Source: Eledone cirrhosa
Taxonomy: Eukaryota
NCBI GenBank assembly: GCA_964016885.1
Contig: OZ024745.1
Span: 124,806,001-124,870,000 of the forward strand
DNA: 64,000 bases
Reading direction: 5' to 3'
Part shown: positions 1-14,134 of the stretch, one piece after another
Layout: each line of letters begins with the position of its first letter
Position numbering within the stretch: the first letter of the stretch is position 1
The notes under the pieces: model-generated
Told to the model about the DNA's origin: nothing
Databases searched by the model: none
The model's input: the letters and a program-made list of their open reading frames with translations, nothing else
Position numbers and translations under genes: made by a program

Positions 1-287
1 CTCTCTGTCTCTCTCTCACACACACACATGCACATGCACAAATACATGCACACACACACATTCACACACCTGAATACACACAGGCAAACATGTATAATTT
101 ATGTTGCTTAATTCGTCTAATTGCCAGGAATTTCGCCACCGCGTGAACGCTTATTCTTGACATGAAAATGAAACGTTCTAACTTGTTCGGGAAAAATTGC
201 AGCAACAGGCTACTGGATCACCCTATTAAATATAATACTACACACTACTATGGTAGCGATTAATTTATCTTCTGTCCAATAAAAACC

Positions 288-510
<223 letters not shown>

Positions 511-1126
511 TCCGTATATATGCATATTTGTATAATAGTGTCCGTATGCCTATGGTTGTATATATACACAGACAAAAACAGTCCTGGTTAATCTTTGTTG
601 CCTTTTTATTTTCCATTCTTTACATTTTCTTCCCTTTATTTCCTCAGTCAATTTATCTAAGAAATTATTTGCCATGTGGTTGTTTGCGAAATATTTATAT
701 CTTGAGTAATTTTAGAAGTATTCTTTCCATAATTCACAGAATAAATTCTTCAAACACCTTCAAACAAGTAACAGTAAACAGTCTCTATGCATATATGTAG
801 AGATTAAAAGAGCAGCCTCTTTTTTTTCTTTCTTTTTACTTGGTTCTACCATTCCTTTCTTTAATACAGTCTGTTTCGCCTATTTTCCCATCATCTTTAT
901 GCATGCAGAATAATATTAATAAAACACTCTTGTGCTAATATTTAAACTCAAAATTTCCTATTTCCTGTGAAGGAGATCTAATCTTAGAAATTATCCTTCG
1001 TCAAAAATTTAGTGGAAAATCGTCAGAATTTTATTTTTCATTTTCGTATTATTTTTATACTTCTGTCCCACAACAATATTCTTTCAGTATTCTCATATCA
1101 ATACCATATCCAATGGTATTAACGTG

Positions 1127-1173
<47 letters not shown>

Positions 1174-1177
<4 letters not shown>

Positions 1178-1410
1178 GGAGGTGAGTGTTATTGTAGCAC
1201 AATAAAGCAATGCAAATATCGGATAAGTAGCACTCTACAGTTAGTTGATTTAAAACTTCACTATTCACAAGTGTTTTTTAAGCTTCATATCATGTCTCCC
1301 TATTTTATCTGAACAGAACGCAGATATCATCCCATGATGATATTTGTTTTTGAAATGCGCATAATAAAATTCTTGGAACTCTTTTAACCATCTTTTGATC
1401 TTATATTATA
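1174..1410. mobile_element. Hammerhead-bearing mini-element, family H1 (Penelope pLTR-like), with internal inversion
   Basis: 1243-1410 matches 35783-35945 and 52578-52744. 1174-1242 matches 52317-52384, which is the antisense distal part of the same unit. Flanked by (TA)n. Confidence 0.7.
1301..1370 (+). ncRNA. Minimal type-I hammerhead ribozyme, core mutated (CTGAACA)
   Basis: TATTTTAT-CTGAACA-stem II (..CAGATATCATC-CCAT-GATGATATTTG..)-GAAA-TGCGCA-TA-ATAAAAT. G8 is substituted relative to sister copies. Confidence 0.6.
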
Positions 1411-1502
1411 TATATATCTACATATGTATATATATATATAATACATACATCTACCTGTCTATCTATATATATGTGTGTGTGTGTGTATATATATATATAT
1501 AC

Positions 1503-1770
<268 letters not shown>

Positions 1771-2455
1771 ATATATATATATATATATATATATTTGTGT
1801 GTGTGTATATACATACACATGCAAGCACACACAGCCATTTGTTTTCTCTTTCGCCCTCTCTTTCTCTATCTCTATGTAAGTTCATATATACGTTACGTCT
1901 GTATGAGAGTGCATGCGTACGTATGTGTGTGTGCATATGATTGTGTATGTATGTGAATAAACTTCAGCTAATTTGCAGACAAGATTAAATATCTTACTTT
2001 GTGTTTCATTAATATCCGGACAATGGTATAATAATGATGATGATATTAATAATAACAACAGCAACAAAAGTAAGCGCAATCATAATTATTATTGGAGTTT
2101 TTGTTTTAGATATTGATGGTTTATTTGTGTAGTTTTTTTCACTAAAAATTTACATATTCCTTATATATTACAGCGAAGGCCTGATACGACGCTTTAAAAA
2201 ATAATGATGTGGTAAGAAACCATTAGACAAAGTAAAGTGGCCAGACTTGCAATGAATATCAATATTGCGAGGAGATATCAAGCATGAAAGTATTTATGAA
2301 GTAATATCCAACATTGCCATGTGATTAAAAATACCCAACACTACTAACTAAACTATATAATAACTGATATGACGAGATGATGAGCTTTAATTGTCATTCG
2401 TATGGTCGTAATTGTCATTGGTATATAAATATATTTAATAAATATATGTATACAG

Positions 2456-2489
<34 letters not shown>

Positions 2490-2672
2490 GCGTGTGTGTA
2501 TGTGTGTGTGTGTGTGTGTGTACATATATATATATACATTCCATAGCTTTATCAAAATCGATAGTTGGTAATCGATAATCGTTTTAGGAATGTAAGAACA
2601 TTTTCCCCCTAAAGTATGTAATTTTTCCTAAATATTATATGCTTTATATATATATATATATATATATATAGT

Positions 2673-2847
2673 AATTGTTTGTACTTTAGGCACAAGACCA
2701 GCAATTACCCAGTGCATTACTGGTACTTTATTTTATCGACCCCCGTAAGGATGAAAAGCAAAGTCAACCTCGGCGGGATTTGAACTCAGACCGTAAAGGG
2801 ACGTAACTATGCTTGAAAGCATGGCGTCCGATCCTCTACCGAAACTG
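2673..2847 (-). mobile_element. tRNA-derived SINE family S1
   Basis: Reverse complement of the consensus ..GAGTTCAAATCCCGCCGAGGTT.ACTTTGCCTTTCATCCTTACGGGGTCGATAAAATAAAGTACCAG.. seen about 15 times in the window. Confidence 0.85.
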
Positions 2848-2905
2848 GTGGTGGTGGTGGTAAGTGACGTTATTGAAAAAACACTCTTGTGCTAATATTT
2901 AAACT

Positions 2906-2957
<52 letters not shown>

Positions 2958-3192
2958 ATGATAATAAATTTGAAGTCTAAAATCCAAAGAGGGCTCGATA
3001 AGGATAAATATATATCAGATATATATGAACCTTAGAGCACTGTTATTTTAATATATATATATATATGTACAAAATACTAAAAATACTACTTTTTTCTCTT
3101 ACGATGTATGACTATTTCTCTCTCTATATGTATACATATATATTTTAATTTTAATTATGTATATATATATATATATATATACATACATTCAC

Positions 3193-3223
<31 letters not shown>

Positions 3224-3269
3224 AAAAGGGATGTAAGGTTCTATACAAAACAGTGGTTATAGAGAATTA

Positions 3270-3650
3270 ATAAGGATTGAAAACTAAACATTAAAGATTT
3301 AAAATCAAGTGTTGAGGTATGTTTTTGCATCTTCCTTGTTAAGGAGACTGTAAGGAAGATGTAAAAACTTACCACAACATTTGATTTTAAATCTTTAGTT
3401 TTTAGTTTTTAATCCTTATGAGTATTACATCTTCATTGTAATACTCAACATTTGATAAGATGAATTTTACTAATACATCGAAACCGGTTATACATTATAT
3501 GCTTTATATACATTATAAAACTCATCTTAAAAAGAATTGAACCTCTCATTTCTTCAATAATGTCACTTTGACGAATCAAAGAAAAGAAAAAAAACGAAAA
3601 ACAGACCCTTAAATATATTTTCAGTGCTATTTCCAATCTCATCTTTATAT
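3270..3650. mobile_element. Fold-back (about 65-bp arms, 3270-3419) plus pLTR-like unit, family H3
   Basis: Inverted repeat is visible directly. 3452-3647 aligns to 33432-33715. Confidence 0.55.
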
Positions 3651-3964
3651 ATATGTCATATGATGATCGGATAAAACACTTGTATTGTCTAATGATTCCC
3701 TGGGTGCGGTGAATCTTCAGAGTAACAAGAAAATAATATTTATAAAACGAGAATCTGGATAGTCATGGCTACACACACTTGATCCTAAGTGTCCTCTATT
3801 GAGTTGATATGGAACTAAAAAAATACACCTACATTTATGGAGAACTTGTTCGGTTAAGATTTTAAATTTGTATAATCGAATCCTTATAACAGCAAAATTC
3901 CAAACAACCGATGATAACACATATTTCAGTCATTGTGCAGTGCGTGGTTTTTTTTAGGAAAGAA

Positions 3965-4180
3965 TCACTGGTCAGATTTCGCGTGCGAAACTAATAAGTA
4001 GAAGACCCGGGGCAGACACAGAGCAAGATGGTCGGATAACATCCATGAGCGTGGCTGGTCACGCTTGGGGATCCAGATGGATCAGTTGGAGACGGTTGCT
4101 TCTGAAAGGATCAGCTGGAGGGAGTGTTTGAGGACTCTGTCCCCACGACCCTCTCAGGAATAAGTAGGTGATGAAGATGA
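3965..4180 (+). mobile_element. RTE-clade LINE 3' fragment
   Basis: Degenerate translation ..GRHRARWSDNI..WSRLGIQMDQLETVASERISWRECLRTL. Homologous to 10726-10840 (-). Confidence 0.65.
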
Positions 4181-4261
4181 AGAAAATGGTTTTGTAATCA
4201 ATAGTGAGTCATTTCTGGAAAATTCAGCTGATTTATGTAGCATGTGACAGGTTCAAAGACA

Positions 4262-4444
4262 TTGGATTGGCAGTACCGGTAGAGAGTCGGACGCCATGCT
4301 TTCCAGCATAGTTACGTCCCTTTACGATCTGAGTTCAATTCCCGCCGAGGTTGACTTTGCCTTTCATCCTTACGGGGTCGATAAAATAAAGTACCAGTAA
4401 TGCACTGGGTAATTGCTGGCATAGTGCCTAAAGTAGAAACAATT
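4262..4444 (+). mobile_element. SINE S1
   Basis: A-box-like TGGCAGTACCGG, B-box-like GAGTTCAATTC, matches the family consensus. Confidence 0.85.
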
Positions 4445-4746
4445 ATATATTTAATTGTTCTTAGTTATATTGCTAAAGTGCTAACCATGATCCACATCAT
4501 TTCAAACGACCTGTTTCCGATAGAATTTACAATATAATTCCCAAAGTTGTGGTCCTGCTAATATTAGCATTGGTTTAAGTCAGAATCACGCTGTACAGGG
4601 ATTTGCATTTGCTTTCAACAATGTCTCTAAAATGAGTGTCACAGATATATTGTAGACGAGGAAATTTACCACACACAAAATAATTGTTTTTGAACTTATG
4701 TTAAACATTTAAATTATGATATATAACTATTTGTCGTATTGACTAA

Positions 4747-4841
<95 letters not shown>

Positions 4842-4851
4842 TATGTATATG

Positions 4852-4885
<34 letters not shown>

Positions 4886-4890
4886 TATAT

Positions 4891-4967
4891 AAGTTTTAAT
4901 ATAGATGAGATTCTACAGGACTAGAACTGTTTCATTCATTAGAAATCATCAGGATATATTAAAACTT
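4891..4967 (-). ncRNA. Type-I hammerhead ribozyme motif (GUA site)
   Basis: Minus strand: TC-CTGATGA-TTTC-TAAT-GAAT-GAAA-CAG-TTCTAGTC-CTG-TA-GA. Stem I proximal to the core is short, with a 13-bp outer stem. Confidence 0.6.
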
Positions 4968-5039
4968 TTATACTCTGCTATGTATTGAGTACCTTACTTA
5001 CTGTGGTTACCTCCGATTCAACCCGGAATAACGTATATA

Positions 5040-5170
<131 letters not shown>

Positions 5171-5212
5171 AAGGACATGGTTTGATATTCTTAGTCAATA
5201 TATATATATATA

Positions 5213-5428
5213 AAGGCGAGTGGCTGAGTGGTTAGAGAATTAGATTCGCAATCATGAGGTTGTGAGTTCGATTCCCGGACTGGGCAATGCGTTATGTCCT
5301 TGGGCAAGACACTTTATTTCACATTGCTCCTTCTACCCGGAGTTGCGACCGATAGAGAGTATCAGCAATTAGAAAGACCAATGGAAACATTGTTTCCTCG
5401 GTTCGATTTGACGAAAGTCAATCGACTG

Positions 5429-5432
<4 letters not shown>
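5213..5432 (+). mobile_element. tRNA-derived SINE family S2
   Basis: A box TGGCTGAGTGG, B box GTTCGATTCC, then TGTCCTTGGGCAAGACACT, typical of SINE central domains. Flanked by (TA)n. Confidence 0.7.
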
Positions 5433-5475
<43 letters not shown>

Positions 5476-7142
5476 GTGTGTGTCTGTGTGTGTGTGATGT
5501 ACGTGTGTATATTATACTAATAAGTTATAGGCTATATACATACAAGCGTTTGTACACAGCTTAAACATATATATGCACAGACACACATACACAAGAGCAT
5601 CTACAATGTAGGCTTAAATCCATCCCTTTACGTTCTAGATTGTAATATACTACTGCAGAAGATGTTATATTCTATTAGTGAGATCTATATAACTTGTAAA
5701 ATACAGATACCGCTTTAGTCGACACTATTTCTCTTGTGTTATAATATAAGTTGCAGTTAGAACTTCCATGCGTAAATAATTTTAAATAGACGTTAGTAGA
5801 AAATGATAAGCTCACTCAATGACTATCAGATATAGTAAAGACTGTTGAAAGGTTATATTGACAAAGAAGATAAGGATAAAGTGTATTAAGTTCGATTTTA
5901 ATCAATGTGTTGCTGAAGTATTTGTAAATGCCACGGAATGGTTTACAACAAGAACCCCATAGGTTATTATGACAACTTCTGGTTTTCTACAATATTCACT
6001 TTATTTCCGGATATCGTCTATCGTTAACATCTTAGATTGCATAGATTTCGGAACAATTCTTAAGGAATCCTTACAATTTTCTATGTAAACGCTAACATGG
6101 TAAACCCTTTTGGGAGTCAACATACATAATTGAAGTAAGCTTTAAGTTTACTATTTTGGATATTACGCCTCACTTAAAGTGCTTCGTTTGTAATTATCCA
6201 ATGTAAACTATTGCATTGAATTTATCATTCTTACTTCAAACTTTACCGCACAACTAGAATTGCTTTCAAGTGGCTGAAGTTCCTTCAAATCATTTTCATT
6301 TCGTTTTCGATTCCCCGGGGAACCTTTTATTCATCTTATTTCTTCTTGCAATTTTATCTACTGCAGAGTAGTTATACTATTTTAAGGCAACATTTACATT
6401 TAGCAACGTTCATGCGGTTTGAATGGTATGTAGTTTAACTTATCTTTACGGTTAATTTACAATATCTATTTGGTAAAGGTCAATTACCTGTATTGACCGC
6501 GACAAAGTTAACTGCTATAGAATAAGTGCTATATATGTTAATATGTATGTATTTATGCATGTAACTATGTACGTATGTATGTAAGCATATATATATATGT
6601 ATTTTGTATGCATGTATGTACGAATGTATCTATGTATGTATATATGAGGAAAGACGATTCACTGAAATAAGGAATAAGTAACGAACGTGAAAATACAATG
6701 AGGAATGAAGTGGATAGGGTAAAAATAAAAGTAATTTTATGCACGCCCCAGCAGGGCCTCAATCTGTCAACTGAAACACGTAACTGAGTAATAGAGTTAT
6801 ACTAAAATTATATAAAAGTATATAGACAGTGTTTAAAGGAAAATAAAGATATATCAAACACAGAATGAATCAATTAAAATTTCAATTGTATGGAAATTTG
6901 ATGAAATGATAATGGAATATATAGAAAACAAAATGCTCAATAGTTCCAACTCTATGCTACTTGTATTTAGATAATACTTGACGATCCGCGACCCATTGGG
7001 TCACGTTCTCTTAAAAGTACTTTTTAAAAAACCATGTTCACTTTTTAATAATATACACAGACATGTATTAATGTAAAATGAAATTGGAAGGCCAATATGT
7101 ATATGTGTGTGTGTGTATACATACATATATATATATATATAC

Positions 7143-7191
<49 letters not shown>

Positions 7192-7424
7192 GGTGTTTGT
7201 TACCTATATACACCTGTCACAGACACACCCAAATATACAAAAAGACATATATATATATATACATACATATATACACAAATACAATACACAAACACAGGAG
7301 GTGGAGAATGTGTCGCAGCTGGTGGCGTTCCAGATGGGGATCTAACTCCTTCGAATGGGAAGAGGGTGAATAAGAATGTTTGTATTCTTTACTAGTTAGT
7401 TTTATCTTTGTATAGCCTTCTAAT

Positions 7425-7607
7425 AATTGTTTCTACAATTTACACAAGACCATCAATTATTCCATTTCATTACTGGTACTTTTTTTTTTATCGACACCAT
7501 AAGGATGAAAGGCAAACTTAACCCCGGTGGGATTTGAACTCAGACCGTAAAGGGCCGTAACTCTATGAGGCAAAGCATGGCGTCCGACACACTACCGATA
7601 CTGCCAT
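7425..7607 (-). mobile_element. SINE S1
   Basis: Matches the family consensus. Confidence 0.85.
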
Positions 7608-8237
7608 TTCAGATTGTGTTTGTAAATGTGGTCATAATCTAACTTGTTTTGTTCTGTAATCGTGCTTATCCACGATAATTGTCTAACTATAACTTATTAT
7701 TAGGGTAGCCAGAGTATTCATGTCGATTAGATAATATATTTGTATTTAGCTCTCTTTGATTAATTAAATATTCTTTCCTAATCTTTAATTTACGTGTATG
7801 TTTTTCTATGTCTAATCCGCAAGTGTTAGTGATTCTGTGTTTGATATAATTCACTTATATCTGTTTCTTGTTTATCGTCTCCATTGTCAGATAAATATGC
7901 TAGGTTACGGCGCCTACATAATATTTGTATTTATATTTTTTCCTAAGAATGTTTGTGTTTATGTCTTGCAACTTCGCATTTCGACAAAATGAGATGGTTA
8001 AAATAGGTACAACACTTAGAAATATACGCATTTGCCTTGATAAAATGCGATATATATATATATATATATATATCGCATTTTTCAGCCCTAAACCTCAACC
8101 TCATTTACATACTCATCTTAATAATTTGAAATATTTGACTTTTCTTCTCTTCCCCTCTTTCCTTTTACTATCCAGGAAAAACTTGAACCGTTAAGATCTT
8201 CTTCCTGGATATGTCAATATTTATAGAACAAACTTTA

Positions 8238-8298
8238 TATTTTATCTGATGAGAGCGTACCAAAGTTTGGGTACCCTTGAAATATATATAATAGAATA
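8238..8298 (+). ncRNA. Minimal type-I hammerhead ribozyme (AUA site)
   Basis: TATTTTAT-CTGATGA-GAGCGTACC-AAAGTTTG-GGTACCCTT-GAAA-TATATA-TA-ATAGAATA: 8-bp stem I, intact core, palindromic stem III. Confidence 0.7.
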
Positions 8299-8796
8299 AA
8301 TATGGTTTTATAAATATAGTTTCCATTTATTTAAAATCATTGATATTATACTCCAGAAAACTTGTCGAGTGCTTCGAATCAGTTATAAACATATATATTT
8401 GTTGAATTATCAACAAATTAAATATCCCTTTTGCTTATAAGAGTACATTTCGAAGAACTATCGTAAAGAGGATATCTTTCAGAATGTCAATTAAAGAGTA
8501 TCAATCTACATCTAAAAAATAGATTAAGAATAGTATGATTAGAAGAAGAATATCAAATGATAAAAATACTAAATTTAAGAAGGAAGATAAATTTATAAAA
8601 TTTAAAATTATTAAGGAAAAACTCAGTAAATAATAGGATCATTTTAAAGGTGTATAAGATATAGTCAAGTGTAATGAATATCATAGATTAAAAATACTTC
8701 GGAAAGTGGATTTTTGTCGATGTCTGCAAGCCGAAAATAATTCCAACGAGATATAACTTGGAGAAGGCCAACTAAGCCTGCATAGGTGTGAGCTGT

Positions 8797-8829
<33 letters not shown>

Positions 8830-10022
8830 GTATATATATTTACATATATATATATACATGGATAATGCAAATATCACCATCATTGATGTCATCCATATCA
8901 CCGGTCCTCTTCTCCTCCCCCTCCGCACCACAGCCACCTACCCCTCGCCGCCTCCCCTTCATCCACGCCTCCCCTTCATCATTATCTTTATTATCGGTAT
9001 AAAGTTTTAATAGCCTTTGAAGGAATAGTGCCAAATCTTGCTCACATGCTATCACGAGCCATGGTTATTTGTTTCACACTTTTCTTAAATCTAAAATACA
9101 GATTATATACTTGTATGGGTATTTTTTTTACTGAAACTTAATAAAATAATTCTCGATAAATATGAAATTGGATAACATCTTAGATGTCTCCTACTGTTAA
9201 AAGTATTTATTCATCATTTCTTGCTTTTTGAAACCTAATCTGTAGACAACTTTACACATATTTTTTTGTAATATATTTTCTGAAATTTTTGATAAAATTT
9301 GGAATGATTTTTATATGAATTCCTGTCAATTCTCAATTGATATCCTTAGAGATAGGAACTTGACATAACCATTTTTGTATCAGTTAATTCATACTTGAAT
9401 CCTTTCAATCGTATATAGCAATTTGGCTTTAATATGTTTGTTATTCATTTGTTTACAGCCTATTTTCTACTTAGAATCATGTTAAATGACGCGATATAAG
9501 ATATAACAAACTTGAATTTCATATATTGAATATATTAATTTACATATTGAAACCTATGCATTTTTAACGTTGGCTATATATCTACATGTTTTACAAGAAA
9601 TCGAATATTCAGTTTAGTAGTTTCATTCAGAATTTACGTATGTTCAAAATCGTGCTCACAATTTGCAGAGGAGAGAAAAGTTCTATTTGTTTGAATTCAT
9701 ATAGACAATTGGTATTTGATATAACATCTATATATGCTAAAGATCATGATATAAGTTTAGGGGGTAGCATACATTAAATTCTAAGAATAAGAAACCAATA
9801 TGAGTTTATCGTTGACCTTATAGATTTGTAATACTTAAGGAATGAAATAACTGATGTAAACAGTTTCAAACTGCTGCCTCTGCTACCATATTACATCAGT
9901 TGAAACTTAATCGCAGAATATAACTATGATTACCATAATTTTAGTCGCGTTTCTCAATATTCAAGATTTTACCTCCTTTTCTTTGAAATCTGTTTTTTTC
10001 AAGAAAACAACAATTTAAGCGC

Positions 10023-10102
<80 letters not shown>

Positions 10103-10671
10103 CCAAGTTATTTCTCCTCGAAAACCCGTATTCCTCGCGAGCAAATTATTCAGAAACATTTATGCGTAAACTATATTTATATGTACCAGTTATTGTATGT
10201 TTAGATCACAGATCAACATATTGCTCTCAAGATTTTCTGGTTGTTCTTATTATTCCTTAGGACTAACGATAACCTATAAGCCAAAGAAGCAAAACTGAGA
10301 AATAAATATAAAGACCATATGAATATATTGCAAAATGGCCAATGAAATTTTCGATTATTCATTTCTTATTGAATAATCAATATATTTCAAATGAATTTTG
10401 GCACATGGAATATTTATAATATATTAGATCCGGCTGAATTATATGTGAATCTGTAGCTTTAAAGGAAGTAGCTCACTTGAAATGGGGGTTATTGAGAAAC
10501 TACCTGTCAGCTTTTGCATCAATATCAGAATTCATATATTCAAAATGTAATAAACTACAGTTTGTTTATTTAAAAAAAAAAAAAAAATTAAATTTGGAAG
10601 ATAGATAGTAAGAAAAGGTCTTGAATACTAATGTGCATTTTTATATTTAATGAATCCATTGAAATTAATAA

Positions 10672-10702
<31 letters not shown>

Positions 10703-10725
10703 CTTCTTCTTCTTCTTCTTCTTCT

Positions 10726-11250
10726 TGGGAGAGTCTTCAAACACTCCTTCCAACGAGTCCTCTCAGAAGCAACCGTCTCCAACTAATCCGGCTGGATCCC
10801 AAAGCCTGACCAAACAAGTTCATTGATCCGGTCTACCTCACTGTTTAATTTAATAAATATATATCAGTTATCAGGAGTTTGTCGGTAGAACGTCAGACAC
10901 CATGCTTTGTAGCATAGAGTTATGGCCCTAATATATATATCACTGTGCTCTCTTCTTCTTTGCGCAGCGTTTCCTTTACTTCTCAGTCTCGCCTTCAAGA
11001 AGGGCCTATCAGAGGCAACGGTCTTCACATGGACCGACTGAATCCCCACACAAGACCAACTGAGGTTATGGTTGCTATCTCACCATGCTGTTTGTGATCC
11101 CTCTCTCGGGTCTCCTGCCTATTATTTTCCCTGTAAAATTTGCCCAGCGATTTTACTTTAGACATTCTAGTCGCATGTCCGTAGTACCTGAGCTGTGGAC
11201 TATCATTGCAGAGAACTTGGTGTTATACCTTTATTTTACAGTTACCTCAA
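10726..11250 (-). mobile_element. Two RTE-clade LINE 3' fragments (10726-10840 with a (GAA)n tail; 10950-11250)
   Basis: ETVASERTRWKECLKTLP, and QLRYYGHATRM...GIQSVHVKTVASDR. Confidence 0.6.
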
Positions 11251-11266
11251 TTATTCTTATGAGAGA

Positions 11267-11463
11267 GTAGTGAACTGGCGCATTATTACAGTAACGGTAG
11301 AGAGTCGGACGCCATACTTTCCAGCATAGTTACGTCCCTTTACGGTCTGAGTTCAAATCCCGCCGAGGTTAACTTTGCCTTTCATCCTTACGGAGTCGAT
11401 AAAATAAAGTACTAGTAATGTACTGGGTAATTGCTGGCCTTGTTCCAAAAGTAGAAACACTTA
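11267..11463 (+). mobile_element. SINE S1
   Basis: Matches the family consensus. Confidence 0.85.
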
Positions 11464-12502
11464 TTACATCAGCTGAGCTATCCAAGCATTGAATGACGGT
11501 GGGTTAATGGATGAAAATATAAATAATTAGAAAATAAATAAAAACAAATAATATGAAAATTATAAACATTTTATGTTTGGGAAAGAAATATTAAATGAGA
11601 GCTTTGAAAGTGACGTGTGAAAAGTGTTATAAATGCAGCATACTGAGCAAATGTAATATCAATAGACTTCTGACGAATATAACTAATTATTATCCTACCG
11701 ATTTCTTCAGCTGATGATCAAAGATAAAGTATAATGTAAACACATAGTCATATCGTAAACATGTTGAACATATGTAGGTTTATAATCTTACAATATAAAC
11801 AATATGGTTAGACATAATTAAAAGAAAAAAATTAGAGAGCATGGCAACTTAATATTATGCAAAATCTATGCTTTTGCAACTAGGCAAGAGACTCCCAGAC
11901 TTCCCCACATCTGCCAACTCACCCAGTCCGACGAAGACATCTCCCACCCACTTTGGGTGTGTGACAGATGTCCTTTCTTGTGAAAACGGGTATACCTTTT
12001 ATTATGTAAAATCTCCCCATTTTGCATCATTTCTCCCCGTTTTGGGAGCACCTCTTTCGTGGTACTCCCCGTTTAGGTTTTTAGAGGTTGGCAGGTCTGC
12101 TTCCCTCACTATAACCCAAGTCAGGCGTAAACAGAACACGAACGTCTTACCGAATGAAAGTAGGCTTTTTGTGCGGTGGATGAAGAACTATTGCATCAAC
12201 GAGAATGAAGTATCACCGTGCTTGTAAACACCTGAAAAGCTAGTTATTTCATACACGAAATACAGAGATATACAATAAATTGTATAAATCCTGTTCTTAC
12301 TAATGAACGAAACATTGGTCATATGAATACATCTTTTTTAAACTCCTATTTCATTCTTCCATTTTAGTACACCCAATGTGTAATTCCTGCTAATGACATT
12401 TAGCTATACCCATATAGCTAATACTACCATTCATTCAGGTCACGGAGTTGTATTGAGTGCTGAATACTCCAACGACAGCATTTATTATGTACCTAACCTT
12501 GA

Positions 12503-12722
12503 GGGCAGTGGATTGGCAATATCGGTAGAGTGTCGGACATCATGCTTCGCAGCATAAAGTTACGGTCCTTTACGGTTCGAGTTCAAATCCCACCAAGGTT
12601 AACTTTGCCTGTCACCCTTACGGGGTCGATAAAATAAAGCACCAGTAATGTACTGGGGTCGATTTAATCGACTTTCCCCTCCCCCAAATTACTGGTCTTG
12701 TGCCTATACTACAAATCATTAT
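12503..12722 (+). mobile_element. SINE S1, long variant
   Basis: Carries an extra GTCGATTTAATCGACTTTCCCCTCCCCC segment absent from the other copies. Confidence 0.85.
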
Positions 12723-14092
12723 ATATCTAACCTTGAATCCAAAAAGCACTTTTCTTTTTTTATTTTCATTCATTAACCTAACAACAAATTATTTGAAAAC
12801 TTTTAATCAACTGTAAGTTGAGAATATCAAATCATAATCTATACACAATCGTAAGTCTTGTTGATGCACATATGCCTTTTTCCTATTAATCAACGACGTA
12901 CAAATGCTTCTGGCTTATCACTTCATAGAATTCTATCTTTCTATAACAACATACCTGTCCAGCTGTCTTCCCTTTCAATTTATAAGCATGCAGTAACCAA
13001 CATTCAAATATAAACTTCCCACTACATCTACCTATTCTGTTTTTAGAATAAACTGTGTGAGGCCAGTACACGGAAGAAAATAAAAGAAATTATTTTAAAA
13101 CTCAAATAAGCAATAGGTAAAACACAAAACAACTCAAACAGCCTAGTCATGATATTTAATTCAAGCAACCTAGAAACAGTTTATAAGAACGAGGAAAATC
13201 AAGAGATAAATCAATAAAAGAGACGACGAGTGTTAAAATAAATCACACCACATCACTGCTTAATAAAGGCAAAATAACCAAAAGTAACTACATATAATTA
13301 CGCATACAAACACGAAACAATGAATATATTATTCACTAGAAATAATAATGAAGAATACCTTAAGTTAAATTTTGCTGAACATTCCTATGTAAGCAAATCA
13401 TATTATACGACTAATTATTGAAGAAATTAAGTCATGCTAGCTAATTGATTTCACTATACGTTATGAAAATAAAGTTGCCTTGAAGGAGAGAGAAAATATT
13501 GATAGCTACAAAGATTTAGATAGATGGAAAATGTGTCTGAAATACCTATTATAATAAGAGGAATGAGGATAAATAAAATGAAAAAAGAAATCCCCGGAAA
13601 ACTTCAGAAAATCTGTTTTAACACAGACAGCTAATTTCTAGAAACCTGTCATTATTAATATAGTAAGTGCCCTCACGAAAGATCTTGAAATTTGAAGTGG
13701 CTTTATCTTAGCATGATTCCATAATGACATCCCGTTAATAATTTAAAATTACAAGATGATGATGATGATAATTATGATGATAAGAATGACGATTTGGATA
13801 ATATTGCTACTGTTAATGATGATGATGAGAAGGAACATGATGATGTTGTTAAAGATGGTGGTGACTATAATGCTATTATTACTGATTGTTTAAAGAATAG
13901 ATATGTGTAGAAGGCTACAAGTCTCCGTATAGTTGTTTATATCAAAACTCTAACTTAACTGGTGCTTTTATAAATCCCGAGAAGAATATTCAGATATTGA
14001 AACTCGTAACTAAGCACCATGGTTCATTTTCCCTGCATTGTGTGTCTGCTATCCGCACTAAGGCAATATAATAATAATAATAATAATAATAA

Positions 14093-14123
<31 letters not shown>

Positions 14124-14134
14124 AAGAAGAAGAA

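Noticed and set aside
11665-11730. CTGACGA/CTGATGA heptamers (also 3714-3720, 950-1012, 48380-48405)
   Set aside because: No properly placed GAAA with supporting stems.
14019-14134. N-terminus of the 276-aa ORF with poly-N/poly-K
   Set aside because: Chance in-frame read-through of (TAA)n(GAA)n into truncated copy A1. No evidence of a fusion gene.
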